The notes under the pieces are model-generated. The model worked only from the letters and a program-made list of their open reading frames with translations. It was not told the origin of the DNA and did not search any database. A DNA stretch of 63,844 nucleotides, the filler included, from Rhabdomonas costata (Eukaryota): the NCBI GenBank assembly GCA_019059605.1. It is 50 parts of 50 records of this genome, joined end to end, with 100 filler letters (N's around TTAATTAATTAA, not from the genome) between each part and the next. Parts side by side here need not be neighbours in the genome. Positions count along the whole stretch, not along the records: positions 12,785 to 13,963 come from JAHMHO010024848.1; positions 14,064 to 15,242 come from JAHMHO010024849.1; positions 15,343 to 16,521 come from JAHMHO010024850.1; positions 16,622 to 17,800 come from JAHMHO010024851.1; positions 17,901 to 19,079 come from JAHMHO010024852.1; positions 19,180 to 20,358 come from JAHMHO010024853.1; positions 20,459 to 21,637 come from JAHMHO010024854.1; positions 21,738 to 22,915 come from JAHMHO010024855.1; 42 more parts are not named here. One strand, written 5' to 3'. Each line of letters begins with the position of its first letter. Position 1 is the first letter of the stretch. A program made the translations under genes and the position numbers. Positions 13,116 to 24,170 of the stretch are shown one piece after another.

Positions 13116-13671
13116 CTCGACAACTGCGGCACATCGCTCCTTCTGGGATGCATTCATACTGGCGCTCATCTCAGCAAGCTGGCTCTGTGAAACAGCCCCC
13201 ACATCTCCAACCATTCTGTCACCGTCTTTCTTTTGGCAAGAGTATCATTCAAAGATAGTGACAAGGACAGTGGCGGATGCTAAAACTAATGAACGAAAAA
13301 AATATGCAAAAAATATCCACACCAGATTCAGCAGCCCATGCCACAGGAAAAAAATATGAGCACTGCAGCGAAGAACAAAAATCATAACACAAACCTAGCT
13401 AACCTCAGCCCGTTCAGCTCCGGCTCCCGGTTTTTGGTTATTGCCAACTTAAACTGCTGAAAGGTGTGTAGATTAGGCTTTAGACAAGCTTAAATTTACT
13501 CTCTCACCTACCCCTAGCTGCAAAGCACCAACAGAAGTATTGAAGCACAGCTACCATGAAAGCTCCCTCGTGCTCGGTTAGGCTCTGGACGACCTGAGTC
13601 TGGTTCCTGGAGATCGGCACCCCGTGCACCACAACCAGCCCTTTCAGTAGGGAGACGTTATTCAGGCATGC
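13116..13671 (-). CDS. Possible IP3/ryanodine receptor-like channel, RIH-domain region (exons 13671-13555, 13184-13116)
   Basis: Two phase-0 GT-AG exons. ACLNNVSLLKGLVVVHGVPISRNQTQVVQSL resembles the RIH motif L..LC..NG.aVrsNQ.LI...L. Confidence 0.5.
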
Positions 13672-14625
13672 CTGACAACCCAACCATCACAAAAAGATGC
13701 AGAAAGGCCGGTGATGCGCTTTCATGAAGTACGATACACCGTAAAATCAAAACGGTCCCACACCACATGGCTGGGTTTAAACTTTTTCTCTATCTACCCT
13801 TCTGCACAAAAACAGCCGGTTACAGATGACAATTTGCTTCAAAAAATCAACGCAGTCACGGCATCACCCGACAAAAAGTAGTCTCTTCGAAGGACCCCAT
13901 CTCTCTCTCTGCTTTTAGGTCCACCAGGTTCGGTTTCACTGCTTACCATGTGCCCAAAACCACNNNNNNNNNNNNNNNNNNNNNNNNNNNNNNNNNNNNN
14001 NNNNNNNTTAATTAATTAANNNNNNNNNNNNNNNNNNNNNNNNNNNNNNNNNNNNNNNNNNNNTTGTTGTTGGAAAGAACGAGGAAAACGTCGCCATTCT
14101 TACTTGTGTCCAAGTTAATGAGGGTCCAGGGCAGGGGTTAGGGATAGAAGATAGGGGGGTTTGGTAAGAGTTGGGGATAGAACGCACACACGGATCTCTT
14201 TTCATCTAAGCCCTAAAAGCATCCTGATCAACACCCATAGCTGGATTGACTGATGCCTTTGGTCCTTCGGGGCGTCGTGCTATGTGCTGCGGTCAGTTCA
14301 AAGTGTAGTACCGTTTGCCTCCGGTTGCGCAGGGACCTCTGGGGAGAACTCTGTCGTATGTCCCAAGGGCTACGGGAGGCTCCTCCCGCAGACCCGCTGC
14401 GCCTCGGACGCGCGCACCCGCAGCGAATGCCAACGTATGTTATTCATTGCTCTCCACGCCACGCAACCCCCGCCCTTGCTTGTCCTGCCTTTTGTGGGTC
14501 AGGCTCTGCTAGAGCTGCGTGGAAGGGAAGCGGAAATTGCTGTCACGAAGGTCGTTCATTCAGGGCTGGTGAGTGGGCAATGGGTATTCCTCCACACGCT
14601 TACCCCGCGTATGCTGGGCTCGCAG

Positions 14626-14909
14626 CGCTGTTTTCATGGGTCTCCCTTAACGCCACTGCGACCCCTTCCGGGACCTATCCCCGCACTTTGCACTGTACGG
14701 TGACCTTCGGGGATGCCCTCCTGATGATCGCGGGGAACGACGCCAACTACAACCGTCTCAACGATGTGCTGTGGAGCAGGGACGGGGTGTCGTGGACCCA
14801 GAGCACGACTTTGGCGTTCTCCTCAGGGAGAATGGCCGTGGGGTGCGGGGTTCTCGGGAGTCATGCGTATGTGCTGGGCGGCTACACCGACACCGATTTT
14901 CTCAGCGAG
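14626..14909 (+). CDS. Kelch-type beta-propeller protein exon
   Basis: cgcAG|...|GTtgcc. PRTLHCTVTFGDALLMIAGND...NDVLWSRDGVSW...GRMAVGCGVLGSHAYVLGGY gives two Kelch repeats. An upstream first exon at ~14438-14498 (MLFIALH...) is phase-compatible. Confidence 0.85.
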
Positions 14910-15385
14910 GTTGCCACTTAAAAGCGTGCCATAGAACGGGCTATACCCTCAGTACTCCTTCTGGAGCGGCAACTGGGGCATGGGAAGTCAGCTAACAGCA
15001 ATGTTTAGGAGAGCGCCTTCTAACCAGGCTGCAAGCTATTTGTTTAACGGAGTGCTGCTTGGATGACTGGTGCGAGGCGACGACACCAACCCCCACAAGG
15101 AGAGTTGCCAACATTCCATGACAATGTGCCGTGACAATTTATACGGTCAGTAAGAATGAAAGAAGACAGCAGACGAGCGATCCCTACTGCTGTCTGCTGT
15201 CTTCTTTCATTCTTACTGACCGTATAAATTGTCACACCACAANNNNNNNNNNNNNNNNNNNNNNNNNNNNNNNNNNNNNNNNNNNNTTAATTAATTAANN
15301 NNNNNNNNNNNNNNNNNNNNNNNNNNNNNNNNNNNNNNNNNNTTTTGGGTGTATGACACACACGGACACAAACCCATACAAATAC

Positions 15386-16312
15386 CTGGGACGTTGCGGG
15401 TATTCCCACTGGCGTCCATGGCAAAGTTGATGTACTGCCTCCCCATTGGCAGCAGCCCATCTCTGAGAATGCTGGGCCAGTACCGGTAATACGTTCCTTT
15501 TGTGTTGTTTCTCAGCAAGTGTAAAAAGCAAAAAGATTTTTTAAGATTAAAGATAAAGAGGCACATAAAAATGCACCAAAAGGCATACCATGCACGCACA
15601 CGGGGACTTGCCCAGGGTTAAGGATGGGCTCCAGGTACAGGTGGTTCACCTCAATGCTGTGGCCCTGGTTCGCGCAAATCAGCCACTCCCCAGTTCGCTG
15701 GTCTTGCTCCATCCGAAAACGCTTCTTGCGGTCCCTCCGCACCACTCGGCTGAGTACAGACGCACGCCTCAAGGTCGCACTGCGAGAGTACAGTGCAGGG
15801 CACAAAGGGATTCACAAAGGCACACCTCAGGTCTGCAAGGCTGGTGCACAGTAAGTCCTGCCGCTGGAGAAGAAGTGGGACAGATACAAAACCATCAGCA
15901 CGAATGGGCAAGCCCTGGTCAATCGCCCCATGTCGGAGCAAATACGTCAGCCTCCGGCTCAAGTTCTCGTCGAGTTCGTGCCACTCGCCCTCGGGCGCTC
16001 CCTGAAAATGGAAGCCAAAGCCCGCCCGCCACAACACAGCAGACAACAGGGGAAAAAAAACAAGCAAAAATCACAACCAAACTGAACTGAACTGGAGTGA
16101 TATAGAAAGAAACCTCCGAGACAGGGTGGACTGATGCGGGCGAATGAGACCGGACATACTGGTCTCTCTGCACTGTTGCCGTATGTAGCTGAAAAGATGG
16201 AGGCAGCAAGACGGGCTGCCCGATCCTTCTTGTCCGCAGGAGGTACGTAACCGAAGGCCTGTGCCCGTCGCATCTTAAGCTCAATAGTGTCGTCATCGGA
16301 AGGGTTCACCAT
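15386..16312 (-). CDS. TPT1: tRNA 2'-phosphotransferase (Tpt1/KptA family), four exons (16312-16160, 16001-15850, 15779-15589, 15496-15386), C-terminus off-contig
   Basis: All introns are GT-AG and phase-consistent. Motifs: LSRRLTYLLRHGA, DGFV, DRKKRF, ANQGHS, VHGT, SILRDGLLPMGR. Confidence 0.93.
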
Positions 16313-16982
16313 GCGGCGGTCCTATGACAAAAAGGACAAGAGCAACTGAACAGTCCAGCTTCGTGATAAAAATACATAATCATTAGTATAATTAATTAAT
16401 CGTGAGTGAGCATAGATTTATTATCGTTTACCAATTCTCATTCTCCACTGGCGCAAGGCTCTCCTTCCAAGAACAGTAAAGGTAATACAATGCTAATGAT
16501 ATCGCTCACACCATCCAACCANNNNNNNNNNNNNNNNNNNNNNNNNNNNNNNNNNNNNNNNNNNNTTAATTAATTAANNNNNNNNNNNNNNNNNNNNNNN
16601 NNNNNNNNNNNNNNNNNNNNNGTTGTGTTGTGAGTATATATTTGGACGTGGATGAGCCCCCTAACACTAACCAGGAGAAAACCCAAAGCCGTCACCTTTA
16701 GGGGGATGACGGCAGGATCACTGACTGACAGTGATGGATTTTAGTCGGCGAAGAGAGGGGTAGCTTCAAAACGCTTGGCAGGGCGTGGGTCCAGAAAAAA
16801 AACAAAGAAGCGGAACAGCCCATGATAGAAACCCAGTTGATGCAGACCTCTATGGCCAGCTTTGGTCAAAAGCTAGAGTGTTCAAGAGCCCAAGCACCGC
16901 CTTCGTTTCTCTCGGAGAGCGGTGGGGGTTTCTTTGGGGTGAGGGGTTCCGCAGTGAATTGGAAATGCATGGGAGCGCTCAC

Positions 16983-17779
16983 CAAAGAGGTTCTTCCACA
17001 CAAAGGGCTGGTGGAGGATGGTGAACCCGACGAAAAACACCGCGCATGTCTTGAAGTGGCCTACAACTTGATACCTATTCCCCAGAGACACCAGAAAAGA
17101 AAACAAGTGAACCCCCATGTTCATTCACACATTCACACATGGGTTGGATTCGAGGGCATGCTCTGGAGCAATGCTTAACCTTCGGAATATCCACAAAACC
17201 ACAAACCAGAAGTCTCGCCCGAAAACAAACAGGAGGGCCAAATATCAAAGGGATGGGTGTAACGTTCTTGCTATCAAATACATCCGGAGCGCAAAGTTAA
17301 AAAAAAAAGACAAAAACGAAAAATGGAATCGGTGATATTAAGCCAAAGCCTAGCGTCGCATTCGGACTTTTGCAAGTGTACGTGCCGAGCCTAACCTTTC
17401 GCCCAGAAAATCAAGCCAGGACTCTCGAAATAAATGTGTGTCAGTGCATATCCATTGGATGGGTGTGTTTGCTGTTTCAGTTCAGCATTGTTTTTTAGGT
17501 TCGGAGGCCTGCGACGCGCCTGTCGAAGCGGCTGGGGTGATCACGTAACCTGGAGGGCCTGTAATTTTTGGCATTCCAAAATAAAAGTTTAAGCACCGGT
17601 TCCCCGTTGACTCATTCTCCCCCAATGCTCTAAGGCACACCGGCACGTTAATTCAGGGTGGCCTGACAAAGGAAGAACACGTATTATTCAAAACAACCGG
17701 GAGAGTCAAGTAAGTGCGCGCATCCACGCGTGTCCCCGACGCTTAGGGGCACCGTGAGGTTGACGGTGAACGCGATGAG
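16983..17779 (-). CDS. Nucleotide-sugar/TPT-family transporter (SLC35E3/UXT-like), exon 17074-16983 plus probable microexon 17779-17753
   Basis: YQVVGHFKTCAVFFVGFTILHQPFVWKNLFG matches the TYQVLGHLKTC...G...L..PF...N..G motif. LIAFTVNLT matches the upstream IA..VN.S motif. Confidence 0.8.
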
Positions 17780-17907
17780 CTGTCGTTCCACAACACCAAC
17801 NNNNNNNNNNNNNNNNNNNNNNNNNNNNNNNNNNNNNNNNNNNNTTAATTAATTAANNNNNNNNNNNNNNNNNNNNNNNNNNNNNNNNNNNNNNNNNNNN
17901 CCCACAC

Positions 17908-18809
17908 TTCTCCGTGAACCCCTTCAGCGCGGGGTCGTGGGTGCTATCCACCACAATCACCTCCCGACTGTGGCCCCGAATCCCAAGAAAAGCAAAAATG
18001 ACACGCACAGAGAAAATTCAATGGAAGTTTCATCACGATCAACGTCGTCATCCGATTTAGAATTTCAAACTTTCAACTTCAACTGCCGGCACGAGCCAAT
18101 TTACAAAAAAGCCAATGCCCAGGAAACGAAACAACTACCACCCTGGCGCACATCTTTAGAGTTCTTTGGCACACGTCCGCTATGGAGACCCAGAGCGTAT
18201 GTGTGGGTGCTCGTGTGTGGGTGGGGGTGATGGCCATACTCCAAAGTGACGGCGGAGTTCTGAATGAGGTAAGCCATCGAAACTAGCTTAGGAAGGGCCC
18301 TTCCAGGGTCGTAGAACCCGTCCCGCAGACGGTCCCCTGAGACGCAGCCGCAACAAAACAGCAACGCTGACAAGACTTCGTGATCAGGAAGAACGAGCTG
18401 AGCCACTGAACAATCGGCACCCTGGGCAGGGCACCAACGTCAAAAATGATGAGGTTTTCATAAAGCAAGCACCCCTCAAAATTGCAATGCATGTATGGGT
18501 GAGCGAAGCCCATATTTGACGGTTCGGCCGGGCAGGCAAATACGGTATGAAAATGAGGTTTGTGAATTAAAGGAAATTTTTTGAAGTAAATCCCCAATTC
18601 TCGGAGACTTTTAAGACCACAGTAAAATGGAGGCTACTACTGGGCCCACTGTTTCAAGCGAAATGCCCTGCATATCCCAAGCGGTACAAAATGCTGCGAA
18701 TAAACACAAATTCACAAAAGCTGCAGCATGTAGACATACCGTAGTCCAGCAGGTTGCGCTCGAAGAAGGCGACTGTACACGGGGTCTGCGGGAGATCCGA
18801 CCGAGGAGC
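17908..18809 (-). CDS. EDR1/CTR1/ARMC3-type domain protein, three exons (18809-18740, 18336-18240, 17967-17908)
   Basis: Phase-consistent spliced peptide ...AFFERNLLDYGDRLRDGFYDPGRALPKLVSMAYLIQNSAVTLDREVIVVDSTHDPALKGFTE, with the DGFYD and EvIlVD...DP.L signatures. Confidence 0.82.
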
Positions 18810-19179
18810 CTTTTTGAACACGACAGCGCGGAACAAAAACAACCTAGGGCATGGAACTACCAACCTCAACACATCACATCATGTGCGGATGCTTAAAGTA
18901 AGGACGACTGTGTGCCCACCTGCACACGGCAATAGCAGTCGTCACCACGCCCAGGCACCGACGCCCCCCTCCCCACAAAAAAACCAACTATATTTATGAT
19001 GAGTTGAACGCGAAGCGTAGGAATTCTCGGAGAGGAGCTTTCCTCCCGATTGTTGATTCAAAGCTAAAAAAAAAACCACNNNNNNNNNNNNNNNNNNNNN
19101 NNNNNNNNNNNNNNNNNNNNNNNTTAATTAATTAANNNNNNNNNNNNNNNNNNNNNNNNNNNNNNNNNNNNNNNNNNNN

Positions 19180-20011
19180 CGAGCTGCCCTCGTGGTCGCC
19201 GTCCTCCAGCCCGTGCTCCTCGAGGTACTGCCAGTACCTCTGCTTCGCCGTGTTCTGACGGAAACCGCGCACCCACACCAGCTAAAATCAACGAAAGAAT
19301 CAGGAAGAAACACGATATAATGCACCCCGCATTGCATTTGCGAGTTCAAGGGGCTGATTGGTATCTGATCGTGAACTGTGAGCTGAAGACCTTTGGCTTG
19401 ACCAATTTCGATGCTGTTGTGGCCATGGCTTCAGCCATTCCAAGGGGGTCATGGGCCGCAGCCGGGGATGCAGACAAGAACAAAAAATGGGGCTCAAAGA
19501 CATCTGAAGGCGATGGTTCTATAGTGATGGTTTGATTTGTCTCGTCTTGAGCATTTCCGGTTCTCCCATGCAAATCTGACTCTCTTCAGTGCGGCTTGAG
19601 GAGCCAGCCAGGGCTCAGTTTCCGCCCAGTTTCGTCACGCAGATAGAAGACCTCATGAGATTGCAGATTGCCCCCCCCCCCTAGTTGAGAAAAAATGGTC
19701 CGTCGAGGCAGAAGCAGCCCACAAAACCGCTGTGTAGGACATGCCCAAACAATACTTTCAGGGCATTTTCTATTGTCATATAAAGGAGGAGAAACAGTAC
19801 CGTGAAAGTTTAGATGGGGAGGGCACAACACAGCTGCAACTTCCCGCAGAAACGCATGCCAGAAACGCAACCCCAGCTGCCCTGTCGTACGCATGCGCAC
19901 ACCTCTGCCCACTGAATGATACACTCCCAGCAGTAGCGGTGGCGGCAGCTGTCCAGCGAGCACAGTACCTCACCAAAGGGCTCGAAGCACACCAGGCACT
20001 CCTCGGTGACC
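19180..20011 (-). CDS. C3HC4 RING-finger protein (exon 20011-19903 plus a downstream exon at the contig start)
   Basis: EECLVCFEPFGEVLCSLDSCRHRYCWECIIQWAE provides the first six RING ligands. The next GC3-rich exon reads ...NTAKQRYWQYLEEHGLEDGDHEGSS. Confidence 0.8.
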
Positions 20012-20736
20012 CTACGAGTGTGATGAGGCAGTGAGCGAAAGATGCTCCCGGGGAAACCCATGGGGACGTGCACCGGCACAAGGAAGGCATAGCTGAAGAT
20101 TTGAAAGGATCGTCAGCATTTCTTTTAATTCGCCTTTGTGTGTCGAATAGCATTAGCAGTGCATACTCCGGGGGAAACAAACGGCTCCAAAGCAGAATTT
20201 TAATTTTGACAGAAACATTTCAAGGCGCCTGTACCTTACTATTTAAGACTTATTTAAGACTAAGTTTTGTGACTCCACAAGAGATAAGAGAAAGTAATCA
20301 GCATCCTTTCAACGCAAGAAAGCGGTCCACTCAATGACAACAGAAGCCAAAAAAAAAANNNNNNNNNNNNNNNNNNNNNNNNNNNNNNNNNNNNNNNNNN
20401 NNTTAATTAATTAANNNNNNNNNNNNNNNNNNNNNNNNNNNNNNNNNNNNNNNNNNNNGTTGTTGCTTGTTGTGTGATATTTGCTGTTTGCACGTGGACC
20501 TTTCACTGAACAGTGACGCCGTGCTGTGCAGTTTGGGCTAAAAAAATACACAGCACGTTGTTGCTTGACCAATACATGAGAAATTCTCAGTACACAATGA
20601 TGTGTGGCCTGGCTTCGTTATCTGAAGAAGACATCCCCCACGTTCAACAAATCACGACAACACGCAATAACGCTCCACAGACAAGGCCAAATTCGCTACT
20701 TTTTGTCTGGAGGCAGGAAGCAGGCGGAATGCACAC

Positions 20737-20837
20737 CTTTTCCATGTGGTGCAGGCCACGAAGAATCTGAGTGAGGTAGAGCCGGAGCTTTTGCTCGTCC
20801 TGCCGAGGATCCCACCGCCGAAGGATGTCCGCAAGGT
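20737..20837 (-). CDS. Ser/Thr protein kinase exon (subdomains V-VIa, CMGC/CDK-like)
   Basis: AG|...|GT. DLADILRRWDPRQDEQKLRLYLTQILRGLHHMEK fits DL......y..QiL.GL.y.H. Confidence 0.8.
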
Positions 20838-21743
20838 CTGCCCATGAGATCCGAGAGACAGAAAGACACAGCAGCAGCAACAACTCATCTTCGGAGTCGG
20901 AGTTTACCTTTTTGCCCTATAAGGTGTAAGGTATGCACGAACTCCTTCCAACCTATCCTTTCCAGCCTCTTCAGCTCTGTTCCCGCATATCCCATATCGT
21001 CATGTGGCCCCCACTCGCGCTCCTCCTCTCACCTTTCAATTTTTCTCCCCTTTTGTTCCTCTCCTGTTCATAATGCTGCTGCTTAGTGTCCCCCAGCTCA
21101 GTGCCCTCATCTGCACTGCTACCCTGCATGCTGCCAAATCGACCCAAACGTTTTGTTTCCCCTTCCCAACTTTTCCTTCCTCCTTGTGTTGAAAGCTGTG
21201 TGGTAAATGTGTTTTTTCCTTTTTCCAGATTCGTTGTGGCATGTTTTGGGACTGTTTGGTTCTGTTTTGTTGAGGGATTGCAGCGGAAGTGACACTGGAA
21301 CTTGGGATCCTTGAGTCAAATGGCGGCACTCTTGCTTGCCCAACGCCGAACTGCCTCATCTGAGCCTGGCAAGCCTGCACAGTTTTTGCAGCCGCGTCTG
21401 GCACAGGCGGAGGACTGCTGCCCCTTGCTTTGCGCTTTCTGCAAAGTGTCCAATGGTAGTCATGCTTGCGTTGACTTTCCAGAGTAGTCTGCTTTTTCGC
21501 TTGCATCCTTCGTTCACCACCACCCCACTTCCTCTTGTGAACGGGCTTGGCTGTGAACTGGGTTGAAAAATCCATATATATCTAATGTTAAATTGCTGAA
21601 TAGAAGCCTCCCGTCCAGTAACCCCCCAACAACCCCCNNNNNNNNNNNNNNNNNNNNNNNNNNNNNNNNNNNNNNNNNNNNTTAATTAATTAANNNNNNN
21701 NNNNNNNNNNNNNNNNNNNNNNNNNNNNNNNNNNNNNGGGTTG

Positions 21744-22818
21744 TTGTTGCCTCGGTGCTTCAGTGTCCACAACTATAATTGTCTCTCGTGTGCAGCTGCC
21801 GTTGAGGAGAGGATTTCCCCTTACGGAGTGCTTCTGGGCACCGTCACCGGTATCTGTGCAGAAATTTTGCTGGAAGTGGCCACCGCCGACAGTACGCCGA
21901 TGTCGTATTTAAAAGCGAGGAAACTCGACTCGGTGAAATGGGTCCATCCTTAAAGCACACGGGCATGTCCACTGCTCGAGGCGCCAACCTCATATCCAAA
22001 GCACACACGTGTGGTTGGTCATACGGGATTTTCTGCTGTCCTGTGGCAGTGGTGCCGGCTTGCTTTGGCTTATCAGCTTTTGCGAACCATAACCGAACTG
22101 TGGTTGAATATAATAATCTTCCTCTGGGTTCACTTCAGTGTGCACCAGAACTACTCACATGGACCTCACATGGACCGATCACCGCTATCCTCGCTGTCAA
22201 TAGCCTTCTTTTTCTTTTGTGGTGTGAATATGTCAGCACGGTCGTCATAAAAAGGATCTTGGCAATCGTGAAGGGATTCAGCAGAGGTCGCTTTCATCAT
22301 GTATTTTTTTGTGGGTAAGTTGGAATGCCCATGCAAAAGGCAAGATAACGGATTCTCTGTATCTGTATCTGTATCTGGGTTTTTGTTGCCTCGGTGCTTC
22401 AGTGTCCACAACTATAATTGTCTCTCGTGTGCAGCTGCCGTTGAGGAGAGGATTTCCCCTTACGGAGTGCTTCTGGGCACCGTCACCGGTATCTGTGCAG
22501 AAATTTTGCTGGAAGTGGCCACCGCCGACAGTACGCCGATGTCGTATTTAAAAGCGAGGAAACTCGACTCGGTGAAATGGGTCCATCCTTAAAGCACACG
22601 GGCATGTCCACTGCTCGAGGCGCCAACCTCATATCCAAAGCACACACGTGTGGTTGGTCATACGGGATTTTCTGCTGTCCTGTGGCAGTGGTGCCGGCTT
22701 GCTTTGGCTTATCAGCTTTTGCGAACCATAACCGAACTGTGGTTGAATATAATAATCTTCCTCTGGGTTCACTTCAGTGTGCACCACAACTACTCACATG
22801 GACCTCACATGGACCGAT
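21744..22818. repeat. Direct repeat with 639-bp period (about 435 bp shared: ~21744-22179 and ~22383-22818)
   Basis: Copies are near-identical; I noted one substitution (CCAGAAC vs CCACAAC). The paired ORFs end exactly 639 bp apart (21953, 22592). Confidence 0.95.
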
Positions 22819-24077
22819 GGCCGCTTCCCCGGTTTTCCCCACCTACATCCACATGCACTGTGGTGCACATGAACTCATGGCTTGGGCTTACCCTTTACCC
22901 ACTTTAACCACAAACNNNNNNNNNNNNNNNNNNNNNNNNNNNNNNNNNNNNNNNNNNNNTTAATTAATTAANNNNNNNNNNNNNNNNNNNNNNNNNNNNN
23001 NNNNNNNNNNNNNNNGTGGTTTGTTTTGGCATAGAGGAGGGGGGGGGGGCTGCAGAATTACCCCAACGGGGAGCCCAACCTGCTGCCCGGACGTCATCCG
23101 CTGCCCGGACAACTCCTGCGGCCAGGGAGGCTGGCCGAAATCGTCAAACTAGTCTTCGAAAAGGGTCTATGATGCACGCATGCCCTTTGTATTTGGGGTT
23201 TATATGGATGTGAGGAAGAGAGAAGAGCAAAAGGAGATAGGCCGAAAAGCTCAGGGAACAGGGCGGGACGCGAGAGATGGCTGGGAACAAAAGGTGTCCT
23301 CACGAAGCCCCTCAAATGGTCTCTGTTTTGGAGTTTTTGCCCCGAAATTGAAGAGTTTTCGCTGAACACGGTGCACGTGTAGATGAGGCGTTGTGCGAAG
23401 TTGGTGGGAAGAATTGAAGCGGCTTGCCCTAACTTGCTCTCGTTTTCTCTCCCTGAAGAGCGGGCAAGGGATTCTGCATCCTCTGTCTTCTCGGATTCGG
23501 ACGGGCTGAGCCAAGATGAAGTGGTGTGGGCGTGCGCGTATGCCTGTTGCGCATCGGGGGAGCGCGGGTTGAGGAGGATTTCCAGGCTTTGGGAAGAGGA
23601 CTTGACGAGGTGGCAGGAGTTTCATGTGCTGCTTCACTTTTGCACCCCCGCTTTTGCTGTGCAACAGGCATTTTGCTCACCCCCTCCCTCGCGGCGCTGG
23701 CCTGTGCGTCGTTTGACCTTTCTTGAGGAAAGAGGAGGAGGCAGCACTGACAGCAATGACAGGGTTTGAAAGTGGAGTTGATTATGCTGTGGCTTTGTTG
23801 ACTAAACACCGCAGACTCCAACCGCATGAACAAACGCTGCAGAATATTTAGCATGCAATCGATGTGGAGGCCAGTTCGGAAGGGTGCTGCACCCCTGCCA
23901 GCAGCGACGTCCGTACGCGTGCGCACTTATGCTTTCTGTGCTGCAGGACGACGACGACGATGATGGAAGCGTTCAGGAACCGGGCTCCAGGATACTTTTG
24001 GTGTGTCTTTCTGTGTGTGGTTGCATGCCCGCGTTAGTGGTGAGTGGAGATGTTGGAGGTAGGAAAGCCTTGTGCCG

Positions 24078-24080
<3 letters not shown>

Positions 24081-24155
<75 letters not shown>

Positions 24156-24170
24156 ACGTGTGTGTGTGTG
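24081..24170. repeat. (TG)n microsatellite
   Basis: About 36 uninterrupted TG units plus a short second run. Confidence 0.98.
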
